From: an uncultured virus (IMG/VR IMGVR_UViG_3300042569_000394)
Taxonomy: Duplodnaviria > Heunggongvirae > Uroviricota > Caudoviricetes
Strand: one strand, 5' to 3'
DNA: 20,000 nt
IMG/VR virus record: IMGVR_UViG_3300042569_000394
A program made the translations under genes and the position numbers. Below are positions 1-8,787 of the stretch, one piece after another. Within the stretch, counting starts at the first letter, position 1. Every line of letters begins with the position of its first letter. The notes under the pieces are model-generated. The model saw only the letters and a list, made by a program, of their open reading frames with translations. It did not search any database and was not told the origin of the DNA.

Positions 1-83
1 TCAGTAGCAGATACGCTTACTGGCGTAGAGGGCTGCAAAAAGTCGTTTTGCGACTGCGACTTTCTTCCTGCTCTTTTACTCAT
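1..83 (-). CDS. 5' end of a virion/tail-associated protein (runs off window), possibly leading into a fibronectin type III-like domain
   Basis: ATG at 83 with AAGGA RBS at 90-94 just after the stop of the 465 aa gene; reads MSKRAGRKSQSQNDFLQPSTPVSVSAT; the FN3 guess rests only on the P-x-x-P-x-x-V-S-A-T pattern. Confidence 0.7.
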   Translation of the reverse strand, partial: MSKRAGRKSQSQNDFLQPSTPVSVSAT

Positions 84-95
84 CCGTGGTCCTTA

Positions 96-1493
96 CTATG
101 CGGTTAGGTCACCAAACACAAGCCAAGTGTTTGAGGCTCTCTTTAATAGTGTAGCAGAAGACCACTGAGTACGCAACTTTAATCCAGGCGTAGCATTAAC
201 AGTAACGCCCACAGCACCTGCAATTGTTACCTGACCAGAGCCAGTCTGGATGATGTCTAGTGTAGTTCCTACTGGGTAATCTACTGTTGCATCTGTAGGA
301 ATTGTCAGGGTAGTTCCAGTTGATTTATTAATTTCAATAATTGTGTCACGCTCTGTTAAGGAGGCGAGGGTGTATGAATCGGTCTTCTGCGAGATTGTGG
401 TGATAGACGGTACGCCAACCTTAGTCTGTGTGCCGTCAGTAAAAACAACGCCTGCTACTTCAATGTTATTGACTGCTAGATCATCTAGAGAACCTTCACC
501 GAAAGCAACTGTTGTTGCTGGTTCGGTTTCTACTCCTTTAAAAATTTTCCAGATGTTAGCAGATACATCTCTTACGATACCTGCATGTTGTGCTGTTCCG
601 TCATTGTATCCAACTACTAAACCAAGATCAACGGTGTTTGCTGAATTTGTGTGAGCAATCTGAATCATGTTGTCTTCAATTGTAATGCTGGTGGCAGATG
701 CTATAAATTCAGTACCGTTTACGGTAAGGTTTCCGTCAACAACGAGGTCCTGATCGATCTCAACTGAGCCTGTAAATGTTGCTCCTGAAAGTGATGCCTT
801 TGCATCAAGTGCTGTTTGTGTTGCAGTAGAAATAGGCTTATTAGCATCCGAGGTGTTGTCTACGTTGCCAAGACCAACGTGAGTCTTTGTTACACCTGAT
901 ACAGTGCCTGTAAAGGTTGGATCTGCAGTTGGGGCTTTAGCGTCTATCTGAGTCTGAATAGCAGAGGTAACTCCGTTTACATATCCCAGTTCAGTGCTAC
1001 TAACGTCTCCGATCGAAGTTGTGTTTGGTAGAACAACCGTTCCTGTAAATGTAGGTCCAGATAGTGGGGCGTAAGTAGTAGAGGCGGTAGCAGATGCTAG
1101 TTTTGCGTCTAGTTGGGTTTGTATAGCACTTGTAACACCATTTACGTATGCAAGTTCAGTAGCACTTACATCTCCAATAGAGGTTGTGTTAGGAAGGGTT
1201 ACAGTACCGCTAAAAGTAGGGCCAGCAAGAGGAGCCAGAGAGGCTAGATCAGCAGTAACAACCAAATCAGAGGTGTCTTCAATTCCATGTACGTTTGTAG
1301 TAAGGGCAGCGTGATCAGACACGGCGTTAGGTGCAGGAGCAGCATATGGACGAGAGTTCCAGGCTGTACTTCCATTACCAATCTTAAATCTACCAGTATC
1401 GGTTTCAAAACCAACCTCACCTGTTGCTAGAACTGTATTTGCAGCGGTCCACTCAGCAGCAGTTCCTCTTCTCTGTAGCATTCTTGTTGCCAT
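96..1493 (-). CDS. Tail fibre protein with Mtd/hyaluronidase-type N-terminal domain, internal repeats and C-terminal beta-rich domain
   Basis: N-terminus RRGTAAEWTAANTVLATGEVGFETDTGRFKIGNG; two copies of APL.GPTF.GTV.LPNTTSIGDVS.TEL.YVNGVTSAIQTQ; fibre motif VGLGNVDNTSDANKPISTATQTAL; AGGAG RBS at 1503-1507. Confidence 0.85.
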   Translation of the reverse strand: MATRMLQRRGTAAEWTAANTVLATGEVGFETDTGRFKIGNGSTAWNSRPYAAPAPNAVSDHAALTTNVHGIEDTSDLVVTADLASLAPLAGPTFSGTVTLPNTTSIGDVSATELAYVNGVTSAIQTQLDAKLASATASTTYAPLSGPTFTGTVVLPNTTSIGDVSSTELGYVNGVTSAIQTQIDAKAPTADPTFTGTVSGVTKTHVGLGNVDNTSDANKPISTATQTALDAKASLSGATFTGSVEIDQDLVVDGNLTVNGTEFIASATSITIEDNMIQIAHTNSANTVDLGLVVGYNDGTAQHAGIVRDVSANIWKIFKGVETEPATTVAFGEGSLDDLAVNNIEVAGVVFTDGTQTKVGVPSITTISQKTDSYTLASLTERDTIIEINKSTGTTLTIPTDATVDYPVGTTLDIIQTGSGQVTIAGAVGVTVNATPGLKLRTQWSSATLLKRASNTWLVFGDLTA

Positions 1494-1537
1494 ATTTAAA
1501 TTCTCCTAATGGGGTCTACCCAAGCATATATAAACTA

Positions 1538-1546
1538 ATTATAACA
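1538..1546 (-). promoter_or_regulatory. Extended -10 promoter TGTTATAAT
   Basis: Plus strand reads attataaca; the same element recurs upstream of most structural genes. Confidence 0.7.
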
Positions 1547-1549
1547 TAA

Positions 1550-1810
1550 TTATTCGATGTTTCCAGCATCAATTGTTGCGTCCCAGACTTCTGTTGTTGG
1601 GGTACCGCCATCTGTATATGTTGCTCCATCGACATCTCCACCATCTAGATTACTTCCTGGGAGTGCAGATATCACTGCGTCTAAATACTCTTTTGTTACT
1701 GCATGATCTGGGTCTGTTGGACTACCAACAACGACTGGGCCACCGAATGAACCGCTGCCATTTACGGCAAGGCCATTCTTAACTTTAAAGTCTTTATTAT
1801 TAGTGGTCAA
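1550..1810 (-). CDS. Small virion structural protein
   Basis: TTG start with AGGAG RBS; N-terminus NKDFKVKNGL.V.G shared with the 504 aa neighbour; PTDPDHAVTKEYLD fibre-type motif; TGGTATAAT at 1829-1837. Confidence 0.75.
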   Translation of the reverse strand: MTTNNKDFKVKNGLAVNGSGSFGGPVVVGSPTDPDHAVTKEYLDAVISALPGSNLDGGDVDGATYTDGGTPTTEVWDATIDAGNIE

Positions 1811-1848
1811 GGTAGTCTCCTGTTTTTAATTATACCATTAATTAGGAA

Positions 1849-1882
1849 CAAAAATACCCCCCAGTATTTCATGGGGGGTATT
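1849..1882 (-). terminator. Intrinsic terminator
   Basis: 11 bp stem AATACCCCCCA/TGGGGGGTATT (1853-1863/1872-1882) followed by a T run on the minus strand, just after the 504 aa gene. Confidence 0.85.
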
Positions 1883-1895
1883 CTATTAATGTTTA

Positions 1896-3410
1896 TTAGA
1901 CAAGTAGTGTTCCAACAACATTGATTGTTGAATCATTTACTGGGTTAACTCGTAGTCTAACGTTCGATCCAGAAATATCTGCAGTAATTGTGCCTCTAGA
2001 TCCGTTTGTACCAACGATTGCATATTCTGTAATAGCAATGTTGTCTCCTGAGTCTAGTGTTAACAATACCTCACTTACTTCATTTTCTGTGCCGTTGTCA
2101 ATCTTAACAAGGAACTTTGCTGTCTTGTATGATGCTTTAGGGAACTGGTATGCTGTAACTACAACGCTTCCCAAAGATGTTGCTGTTGCTGCTACCTGCT
2201 TTGCAAGAGAGTCAATGTTTACGGCGGTAAATGCTGTAGTTCCATCCTTTAGGTCATCTACTAGGCCAGATGCGGTTCCTGCTGCATCGTAGTTAGATGC
2301 AAGTCCATCTGCATAGTCTTCTGCATCTGAAAGTGCCTGTGCTGCTGCACCGAATGCATCGTAGGTGTCTGCGGTTACAGAGATTGTGTCTGTAATCTGA
2401 TCAATTGTAATGCCAGTGCCTGCGGTTAGTGTGTCTTGCTTTCCGCTAATCTGTGTTCCAATTGTAGTAGCAAATGATTCATCGTCATTAATTGCTGCTG
2501 CTAGTTCGTTTAGTGTGTCAAGAAGTGCTGGTGCACCGTCAACTAGATCTGATACTGCGGTAGCAATTCTGTCTGTAATTGTGTTGCCTGCAGTTCCGTC
2601 AACTGTAACGTCACCAATTAGGTCATCTGCATATGCCTTTGCGTTTGTCTCTGCTGTAGAAGCAGCACCAGATGCGTCGTATGCCGATGCGGTTGCGTCA
2701 AGTGCACGTTGATTGGTGAAGTAGAGATTGGTTACTCCTTCTTCAATGTCATCTGTGTCAAGTCCGCCAATTGCGGTATCGGTATATGAGTTTGCGTTGG
2801 TTTCGGCTGTAGATGCAGAGCCAGATGGGTCATACGCTGATGCTGTTGCATCTAGTGCACGTTGGTTAGTGAAGTAGAGGTTAGTTACACCTTCTTCAAT
2901 GTCGTCTGTGTCTAGTGCATCAACAATTCCCTGTGCTGTGCCAGTTGCATCGTATGCCGAAGCAGTTGCATCTAGTGCTCTTTGGTTTGTGAAGTAAAGG
3001 TTTGTTACACCTTCGGTGAGGTCGTCAGTATCTGAGTCAGCAACGCCATTCTCAGCGGTAATTGTTAGACCATCTTCGTTTCCAGTAATAGTGATGTTTG
3101 TTAGAGTTGCGTTTGTTAGCAAGTCTGCTGCATCGCCCTTTGCTCTGGCTGTTGTGTAGTAGAGGTTGGTAACACCCTCTTCGATGTCATCTGTGTCCAG
3201 TGCATCAATTGCTGTGTTAACCTCTGTTGTAATTTCTGACGATACTGCGTCGATTGCTCTTTGTGATGTAAAATACTGATTGGTACTACCTTCGGGTAGA
3301 TCATCTGTAGTGCTTCCTGTGGTGATTACATCTTCACCATTTACGGTTGCTGTAGTTCCTTCAACTACTAGGCCGTGTTTGACTCTAAAGTCCTTATCGA
3401 CTGTTGCCAT
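1896..3410 (-). CDS. Acidic repetitive tail fibre/virion structural protein
   Basis: Five DTDD.EG.TNLYFT.QRA-type repeats; fibre motif LVDGAPALLDTLNELAAAINDD; C-terminal domain shared with the 145 aa neighbour; AAGGAG RBS. Confidence 0.85.
   Translation of the reverse strand: MATVDKDFRVKHGLVVEGTTATVNGEDVITTGSTTDDLPEGSTNQYFTSQRAIDAVSSEITTEVNTAIDALDTDDIEEGVTNLYYTTARAKGDAADLLTNATLTNITITGNEDGLTITAENGVADSDTDDLTEGVTNLYFTNQRALDATASAYDATGTAQGIVDALDTDDIEEGVTNLYFTNQRALDATASAYDPSGSASTAETNANSYTDTAIGGLDTDDIEEGVTNLYFTNQRALDATASAYDASGAASTAETNAKAYADDLIGDVTVDGTAGNTITDRIATAVSDLVDGAPALLDTLNELAAAINDDESFATTIGTQISGKQDTLTAGTGITIDQITDTISVTADTYDAFGAAAQALSDAEDYADGLASNYDAAGTASGLVDDLKDGTTAFTAVNIDSLAKQVAATATSLGSVVVTAYQFPKASYKTAKFLVKIDNGTENEVSEVLLTLDSGDNIAITEYAIVGTNGSRGTITADISGSNVRLRVNPVNDSTINVVGTLLV
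2703..3311 (-). repeat. Five intragenic repeats, consensus DTDDIEEGVTNLYFTNQRA
   Basis: Read directly in the translation. Confidence 0.9.
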
Positions 3411-3426
3411 TTTTTATCTCCTTAGT

Positions 3427-3864
3427 TTATGCCTTAAGTCCCATACGAGCGAATCGCACAGTGACTGGCTTTATTGCTCCAGGAGTTACAATAAGTGATA
3501 CTGTATCTCCTGACTTAGAGACGCTAATGGTTCCAATATCCCCATTCGTGTCTAGTGTGCCATACTCAGTGACGTTTATATTCGTACCGTCAAAAAGTAT
3601 GGAAATCTCTGTGGCGTAGAACTGATTTGAAGATGCTTTAGAAATTGTAACTAAATACTTTACGAATCTCCAAGTAGTTGCACTGTATGAGTCTACTGTT
3701 GTCACGTTTTCAATACCATTTACGGTATTCTCGTTGTTTCCAGCGGAACCCAAATCAGTAGCCTGTTGAACAAGTGTGTCAATAAGATCTAGATAGTCAG
3801 CCTGTGTAGGTCTGTCTCCAGATTCAAATTTTTCTTTTACTTGGTTTAGGGTTACTCTAGCCAT
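3427..3864 (-). CDS. Virion structural protein, leaderless
   Basis: C-terminal KYLVTI..EISILFDG.NINVTEYG domain parallels the 504 aa C-terminus; TGATATAAT (3872-3880) lies 7 nt before the ATG. Confidence 0.8.
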   Translation of the reverse strand: MARVTLNQVKEKFESGDRPTQADYLDLIDTLVQQATDLGSAGNNENTVNGIENVTTVDSYSATTWRFVKYLVTISKASSNQFYATEISILFDGTNINVTEYGTLDTNGDIGTISVSKSGDTVSLIVTPGAIKPVTVRFARMGLKA

Positions 3865-3885
3865 ATAACCTATTATATCATTATC

Positions 3886-4113
3886 TTAAAGAATATAGTT
3901 ATTAACACCAATAACGGCTATGCCAATAGGGGCTGGATTGTTTGGATTAAATTCCGAAATGACACCTGGCAAAAACTTGATACGAAAAGGAAGATTGTCA
4001 TTAATTTTTACCTTAATTGGTTTTTGAGATATTTTGACTTTTTTAGGATAGTCTGTTTGAGTAAATCTTTTTACAACAGGATACTCTGTCTGTGTCAGAG
4101 TTATCTTTCCCAT
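3886..4113 (-). CDS. Hypothetical virion-module protein
   Basis: Coupled to the upstream gene by a TAATG overlap at 4113. Confidence 0.7.
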   Translation of the reverse strand: MGKITLTQTEYPVVKRFTQTDYPKKVKISQKPIKVKINDNLPFRIKFLPGVISEFNPNNPAPIGIAVIGVNNYIL

Positions 4114-4469
4114 TAGTCAGTTACATCCTCAATAATTGCCATTTTGCCTTGAGCAACTGTCCACACATAAAGATCATTTGACAACTGAATATCAAACACA
4201 TCTCCAGTTTCTAATTCTTCTGACTCTGAGTCAAGTAGTGAGACGGTAAACTCTCCCTCTCCGTCTGTATCTTTTTGTTCTGGTGATAGAGAAACAATTA
4301 GTTCTCCTGCTCTTTTAATATCTGCCCTAATTGTCCATTCTGAAATAAGAAGAGGTAACTTTGCGTCGTCTGTTACGAATACCCGAAATGACGCAGTGTC
4401 TCCACGAACAACTGTCCATACAATTTGTGGAGGAATACTACCAAGGTCATATATGTTTGATCTAGCCAT
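4113..4469 (-). CDS. Baseplate/BppU-like beta-sandwich protein, paralogue 1, leaderless
   Basis: WTVVRGDT and FDIQL..VWT..G motifs shared with 7895-8275 and 8395-8766; TGGTATAAT (4476-4484) 6 nt before the ATG. Confidence 0.7.
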   Translation of the reverse strand: MARSNIYDLGSIPPQIVWTVVRGDTASFRVFVTDDAKLPLLISEWTIRADIKRAGELIVSLSPEQKDTDGEGEFTVSLLDSESEELETGDVFDIQLSNDLYVWTVAQGKMAIIEDVTD

Positions 4470-4492
4470 AATAAAATTATACCACTAATTAC

Positions 4493-5005
4493 TTAAAGAC
4501 CAGACTTAAGTGATGCCCAGGTGGGTGAGCCTTTGGCTCCAATAATTACAATTCCGTTTGCTGCGTCAGAAAGTACGTTTATAGCAACCGCTGGACTTCC
4601 TCCTGTAGGAATGCTATCGTCAAGCCCACCGTTTTGTCCAACATATAATGTTGCTCCTTCAGAAAAACCAGAAGTGTTTATGCCAGACAAAATTCCAGCG
4701 GTAACACAAATGCCAACAGCATTATTTAGCGTAGATGCCTTTGAAAGACCTAGAATTGGATTTGTAACTTCTGGTGTAAAAATATCAACTTCAATATTGG
4801 TTCCATCGTGACCAGTAACGAATACTGGTGTTCCTGCTGGTAGAGTTGATCCGCTTTTATTGATAACTGGAATTTCTACATAAGATGCAGATGGTAGGAC
4901 AATGTCAAGTTTGTCAACAAGAGTTTTAATGTCTCCGTGAACGTTTACTGGATCTGACTCCAAAGGATATGGGAGTTCTAGATTTAATGATTCGCCTGAT
5001 GCCAT
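4493..5005 (-). CDS. Virion structural protein (decoration/cement-like), leaderless
   Basis: NKSGSTLPAGTPVFVTG and G.TLYVG motifs typical of phage structural proteins; TGATATAAT (5013-5021) 7 nt before the ATG. Confidence 0.65.
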   Translation of the reverse strand: MASGESLNLELPYPLESDPVNVHGDIKTLVDKLDIVLPSASYVEIPVINKSGSTLPAGTPVFVTGHDGTNIEVDIFTPEVTNPILGLSKASTLNNAVGICVTAGILSGINTSGFSEGATLYVGQNGGLDDSIPTGGSPAVAINVLSDAANGIVIIGAKGSPTWASLKSGL

Positions 5006-5052
5006 AAGGTTAATTATATCACGATTCTTTATTTTGATTTTGCTTCAAAATA

Positions 5053-5061
5053 TGGTATAAT
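5053..5061 (+). promoter_or_regulatory. Extended -10 promoter TGGTATAAT for the NlpC/P60 gene
   Basis: Divergent from the 5013-5021 promoter; implies a ~125 nt leader. Confidence 0.65.
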
Positions 5062-5070
5062 TTTATGACT

Positions 5071-5162
5071 ACTTCCCCTTAAAAGGAAGTTTTTGCTTTA
5101 CAAGACTCTACTTCATAAAGAATACTGTCTGCCAGAATACCGTGCTATATCGGCGGTAGAGT
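5071..5162 (+). ncRNA. Candidate structured 5' leader (terminator-like hairpin plus four-way junction)
   Basis: ACTTCC/GGAAGT hairpin followed by TTTTGCTTT; ACTCTAC(5105-5111)/GTAGAGT(5156-5162) closes three 3-bp arms. Confidence 0.4.
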
Positions 5163-5191
5163 AACAACATAAAAAATAAGGAGGTAGCAAA

Positions 5192-5770
5192 ATGAAATTT
5201 AAAATTGCTGCAATAGGACTTGTGGTCCTAACGATAACAACCTGCTCTGTACCAGCAGGTGCTAAATTAATAGAAGACCCAAACAACGTTTATCAGAAAA
5301 AGACTAGCGTTAGTTCGGTTTTTAATGTGCAACCCCAAAGAACCATACTGAGCGATCATTATCTAAAAAATCAAACCCTGGTTAATAATGGACTAAAAGT
5401 CAAGTCCGTGGTCAAGAAACTAAAATCAACGGTCGGTAAGACCTGGTACGTCTTTTCTGGAAGTACTCCTTCTGGATGGGACTGCTCTGGTTTAACAATG
5501 TGGTTTTATGAGCAACTTGATATCCCCCTAGAGCACAGGGCTTCTAAACAACAGATTGCTGGAAGAGCAACCAACAACCCAAAGCCTGGGGATCTCGTAA
5601 TCTTTAAATACAAAGGGTATAAGACTGCGTATCACGTTGGTATCTATATTGGTGATGGACTTATGATTCATGCCCCAAGAAAAGGCGAAGTAACTAGAGT
5701 AGAGTCAGTTACCCAATTTGGTGGGAAGTATTCTAAGATTAGTTACAGAAGTTTAATAGACGTTCTTTAG
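5192..5770 (+). CDS. Secreted NlpC/P60 (C40) peptidoglycan endopeptidase
   Basis: Signal-peptide-like N-terminus; GWDCSGL catalytic Cys; HVGIYIGDGLMIHAP His residues; AAGGAGGT RBS. Confidence 0.93.
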   Translation: MKFKIAAIGLVVLTITTCSVPAGAKLIEDPNNVYQKKTSVSSVFNVQPQRTILSDHYLKNQTLVNNGLKVKSVVKKLKSTVGKTWYVFSGSTPSGWDCSGLTMWFYEQLDIPLEHRASKQQIAGRATNNPKPGDLVIFKYKGYKTAYHVGIYIGDGLMIHAPRKGEVTRVESVTQFGGKYSKISYRSLIDVL

Positions 5771-6219
5771 TTACAGTCTGGTGCGGTTATTCCAGCCTTG
5801 TTTGGGTCATTGTCATAACCAACAGCACAACTCCAACTACTGCCAATTTCTCCAAGGTTATTTAATAGATTATATCTATCAACACAGTTTGTATTTGCTG
5901 CAAAGGTTGGCCCAGAAGGTCCAAAGTTTGGCTCACAATATGAATACCAGATACCCAAAACTCCTGGCGGTGGCTCAACATAATTATATGTTACATAAGA
6001 AACTGATGTTGATCTTTCTGCATCTGAGCCAGCAGAAAGTGATTGAGAGGCAACCGTTCCATTGTTTCCAGAGGTTGCTCCAGTTGTTGTTGTTGTGACT
6101 GTTCCCACAGATAGGTTTGCAGATGCAAGTGTTGAGTTTGCTACTGTAGAAGATAGCCCAATAATGCTTGGAACTATAACTCTAGACCAAGACGAAGCAA
6201 CATATCCAATTGAACCCAA
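5767..6219 (-). CDS. PASTA-domain protein with Cys-containing C-terminus
   Basis: VIVPSIIGLSSTVANSTLASANLSVG...GTVASQSLSAGS...SVSYV fits the PASTA pattern VP.v.G.....A...L...gl....G.V.sQ...aG; TTG start with AGGAGAGG RBS. Confidence 0.75.
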   Translation of the reverse strand: MGSIGYVASSWSRVIVPSIIGLSSTVANSTLASANLSVGTVTTTTTGATSGNNGTVASQSLSAGSDAERSTSVSYVTYNYVEPPPGVLGIWYSYCEPNFGPSGPTFAANTNCVDRYNLLNNLGEIGSSWSCAVGYDNDPNKAGITAPDCN

Positions 6220-6232
6220 ACTGTCACCTCTC

Positions 6233-6883
6233 CTAAGACTTCAAATCACCAATTAGTACCCAAGTGTTTGTATCTATTTTAATTAGGGTTGCACCAGAAT
6301 ATTGTGCATTAAGTTTTAGCCAAGAGTTTTTGCTATTAAGGGTTACTCCGCTAGCAACTCCAAATGCCACGGTACCGCTGCCGAGTCCAACAAAATCAAT
6401 CTTTGTGCCAATGGCAAATGGAACAGATGTGTTTGTTGGGACTGTGATTGTTACTGTTGAGCCAGAGTTTACTGTGATTGTCTTTGATGAATCTGGCAAA
6501 GCAATTGTGTAGTCTGAGGTCTTTGCAACAAATGCGGTATCTGCGTAGTTTACCCACTTGCTTGTTACAGAAGAATAATATTGAATCTGGTTTGCGGTGT
6601 TAACTCCGTTTACAGTCTTTACGAATGCTACAGTTCCGTGATCTGGTGATGGAATTGCTGCGTCACGAGCAGACTCTGTTTCAAAATTATTGACACCGCC
6701 CTGGGCCTTTACAACTTCTTCAAAGGTTACTTGCTGGTCGTTAAATGTGTGTGTGCCAGTCCATGTGTAATCTGCGTTGGTGCTAGCGATTCCAATAATT
6801 GGGTGCCAACTTCCATTTCCTGCAGGAGTTGATTCTTTAAATACATAGGCAACTCTTGACTGGTTGCTTTTAGTTGCTGCCAT
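6233..6883 (-). CDS. Tail fibre/adaptor protein
   Basis: C-terminal ~95 aa (KTSDYT...QYSGATLIKIDTNTWVLIGDL) clearly paralogous to the C-terminus of the 465 aa fibre. Confidence 0.8.
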   Translation of the reverse strand: MAATKSNQSRVAYVFKESTPAGNGSWHPIIGIASTNADYTWTGTHTFNDQQVTFEEVVKAQGGVNNFETESARDAAIPSPDHGTVAFVKTVNGVNTANQIQYYSSVTSKWVNYADTAFVAKTSDYTIALPDSSKTITVNSGSTVTITVPTNTSVPFAIGTKIDFVGLGSGTVAFGVASGVTLNSKNSWLKLNAQYSGATLIKIDTNTWVLIGDLKS

Positions 6884-7308
6884 TATACAATCACCTTCCA
6901 GGTAGTTCCATCATAGACTTTTAAAGATAGGTCGTTGGTGTCTGTGCTGTCTACCCACAAAGATCCAAGAACTGGCGTAGATGGGGCTGTTGTTTGATAT
7001 GCTGCTACAAGTCCAGGCTGTGCTCCTAGAGATTGAGTAGAATCTACCCAAATATATCCATCTGGAATTCCAGTTGGCATAGTAGCACTATATTCGCTAC
7101 CTGGCCCAGAGTCTTCTACAGAAGCAATTCTTCCATCAAGATCATTGATGTATCCAGCAATAGACTCTGCTTCAAGTTCTGCTGGGTCTGTGTTGTCTGG
7201 GTCGTACGCTGTTCCATAGTGGTACAAACGCAAGGCAGCCTGAATGTCTGCGTTCTCATCTAGAGACGGCATTTGAGTAGGAATTAGATTTCCAATAGAT
7301 TCAGCCAT
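6883..7308 (-). CDS. Virion structural protein
   Basis: P....G.(I/L)WVDS twice and LKVYDGTTW fibre-type motif; TGGTATAAT at 7326-7334 and GGTGA RBS. Confidence 0.75.
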   Translation of the reverse strand: MAESIGNLIPTQMPSLDENADIQAALRLYHYGTAYDPDNTDPAELEAESIAGYINDLDGRIASVEDSGPGSEYSATMPTGIPDGYIWVDSTQSLGAQPGLVAAYQTTAPSTPVLGSLWVDSTDTNDLSLKVYDGTTWKVIV

Positions 7309-7326
7309 AATTAATCACCAATAAAA

Positions 7327-7893
7327 TTATACCACAGTAATGAAAAGGTGTACTGATTTTGATCCAGATAGATCGCTCCATGTTGTTCCATCAAATTCGG
7401 TAGCGTAGAGGTTAATTGGTAGGTTACCGTTAGAAGGATTTGACACAGAAATAGACGATGCAATTGGTGAGGAACCCAAGATAGAATACTGGACATTAAA
7501 GTTTGCTGCAGTTAACCCAGACACAGATCCAGAATCAACAATGCTAGTAACTGCAATATTAGAGATTGTTGCCTCTCCGTTAGAAAATGTAACAGTCTTG
7601 TTTACGCTGTAAGTATTTGGGATTATTGATAGGATTTCTACCCAAACAAGTGCTCCACCGTCGCCAGGAACATACTGATACATTTTTTTATTTTGAGTGT
7701 TAATGCACATATCAAAAGCCTGAAGAACATTGCCCTCAAGTTCGTTGTTTTCTGTTAATGATGTGGGGTCAGACGATACTACAATAAAAATTGAACCCCT
7801 GTCCCCCTCGGCCCCTAGGTCAACTTGAACAGATACCTGAGAAGGTCCTCCGAGTACGGTAAGTTCTTCGGAATCCAATACAATGTCAACCAT
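7327..7893 (-). CDS. Virion structural protein
   Basis: 188 aa ORF abutting both neighbours in the structural operon. Confidence 0.75.
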   Translation of the reverse strand: MVDIVLDSEELTVLGGPSQVSVQVDLGAEGDRGSIFIVVSSDPTSLTENNELEGNVLQAFDMCINTQNKKMYQYVPGDGGALVWVEILSIIPNTYSVNKTVTFSNGEATISNIAVTSIVDSGSVSGLTAANFNVQYSILGSSPIASSISVSNPSNGNLPINLYATEFDGTTWSDLSGSKSVHLFITVV

Positions 7894-7894
7894 T

Positions 7895-8275
7895 TTATGG
7901 GGCCACCGTTCCAGATACGTGATCTGTTACAGAGATTGTCCCTGTCAAGAGTGTGTAGACTAGGTTATATGATGCAGGTACGGTCTTAGAAACCTCTACG
8001 TCATAAACATATACCGTTCCTGCCGTTAGAGAAAGTCCTTGCTGGTCAGTTGGTGCAATAGCACACTGAACATATGAGAAGTCTGGAGCAATTGTAGCAA
8101 CACCCTCTATTCTTGATGCATAGCCTGCATTACCTCGTTGTGTTTGAATAAAAAACTTTGCAGTGCTAAAGCCAGAAAGAGAAAACGTGTTTCCGTTTGC
8201 ATCTTTCGGGTAGATACGAAATTCTAGGGTGTCTCCCCTATAGTAATTAATATTATATGTGCCTGGAAATGCCAT
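7895..8275 (-). CDS. Baseplate/BppU-like protein, paralogue 2
   Basis: YNINYYRGDT...YVYDVEV...TLLTGTISV; GGAGG RBS; TATAAT at 8292-8297. Confidence 0.7.
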   Translation of the reverse strand: MAFPGTYNINYYRGDTLEFRIYPKDANGNTFSLSGFSTAKFFIQTQRGNAGYASRIEGVATIAPDFSYVQCAIAPTDQQGLSLTAGTVYVYDVEVSKTVPASYNLVYTLLTGTISVTDHVSGTVAP

Positions 8276-8308
8276 AATTCCTCCAAAGATTATTATACAC
8301 TACAAAAC

Positions 8309-8395
8309 CTATTTATTTATTTTATAAACTTTTTGACCAATGCGAATGACTGGCGGTAGTTCTGGTCTTGGGGTAGAGACTCTAATAACAGCCAT
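8309..8395 (-). CDS. 28 aa microprotein MAVIRVSTPRPELPPVIRIGQKVYKINK
   Basis: TAATG overlap with the upstream gene; fills the gap before the next promoter. Confidence 0.6.
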   Translation of the reverse strand: MAVIRVSTPRPELPPVIRIGQKVYKINK

Positions 8396-8766
8396 TATAG
8401 ACCACCAGAGACATCAGCAGCAACTACGATTGTTCCGATAATTGGTGTCCAGATTTCGTTATCAATGATTACCTCTAGATCAAACGCCAGTTCGGCTACG
8501 ACTGAAGAGAAGCCTACCCCCCAGTTTTCAGTAATGTCAGAGTCTGCTATAATATCAACGTAACCTGTGCCAACAACAACATCAAGTTCGTCAAGAGCCT
8601 CTCCCTTGGTATCATAAGAAGATGACACAAATGTCCAATCAGAGATGTCAAGGTATGTGGATTCGTCGTTCTCTAGGAATTCGATACGAAGTTTGGCTGT
8701 GTCACCACGGACAACATTCCACTTAAAATTAATAGGCTTTTGCCCAAATTGATCTTGAATAGTCAT
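8395..8766 (-). CDS. Baseplate/BppU-like protein, paralogue 3, leaderless
   Basis: WNVVRGDT...FDLEV...WTPIIGTI; TGTTATAAT (8773-8781) 6 nt before the ATG. Confidence 0.7.
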   Translation of the reverse strand: MTIQDQFGQKPINFKWNVVRGDTAKLRIEFLENDESTYLDISDWTFVSSSYDTKGEALDELDVVVGTGYVDIIADSDITENWGVGFSSVVAELAFDLEVIIDNEIWTPIIGTIVVAADVSGGL

Positions 8767-8787
8767 AAACTAATTATAACAGCATAA

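Noticed and set aside
96..1493. Diversity-generating retroelement suggested by the Mtd-like N-terminus
   Set aside because: No reverse transcriptase and no TR/VR pair in the window; the N-terminal domain is a common fibre anchor
5062..5191. c-di-AMP (ydaO) riboswitch upstream of NlpC/P60
   Set aside because: The conserved GCUGAAUCC and GGGGAACC-type segments are not present
6882..6890. TATAAT promoter at the 141/216 aa gene junction
   Set aside because: It arises from the GTA-TAA-TG stop/start overlap and leaves no room for a start site before the ATG
343..7496. Shadow ORFs in the track (343, 1573, 1921, 2410, 3116, 3280, 3404, 4521, 5781, 6062, 6264, 7033, 7311)
   Set aside because: Antisense or out-of-frame overlaps of well-supported structural genes, without RBS or promoter support
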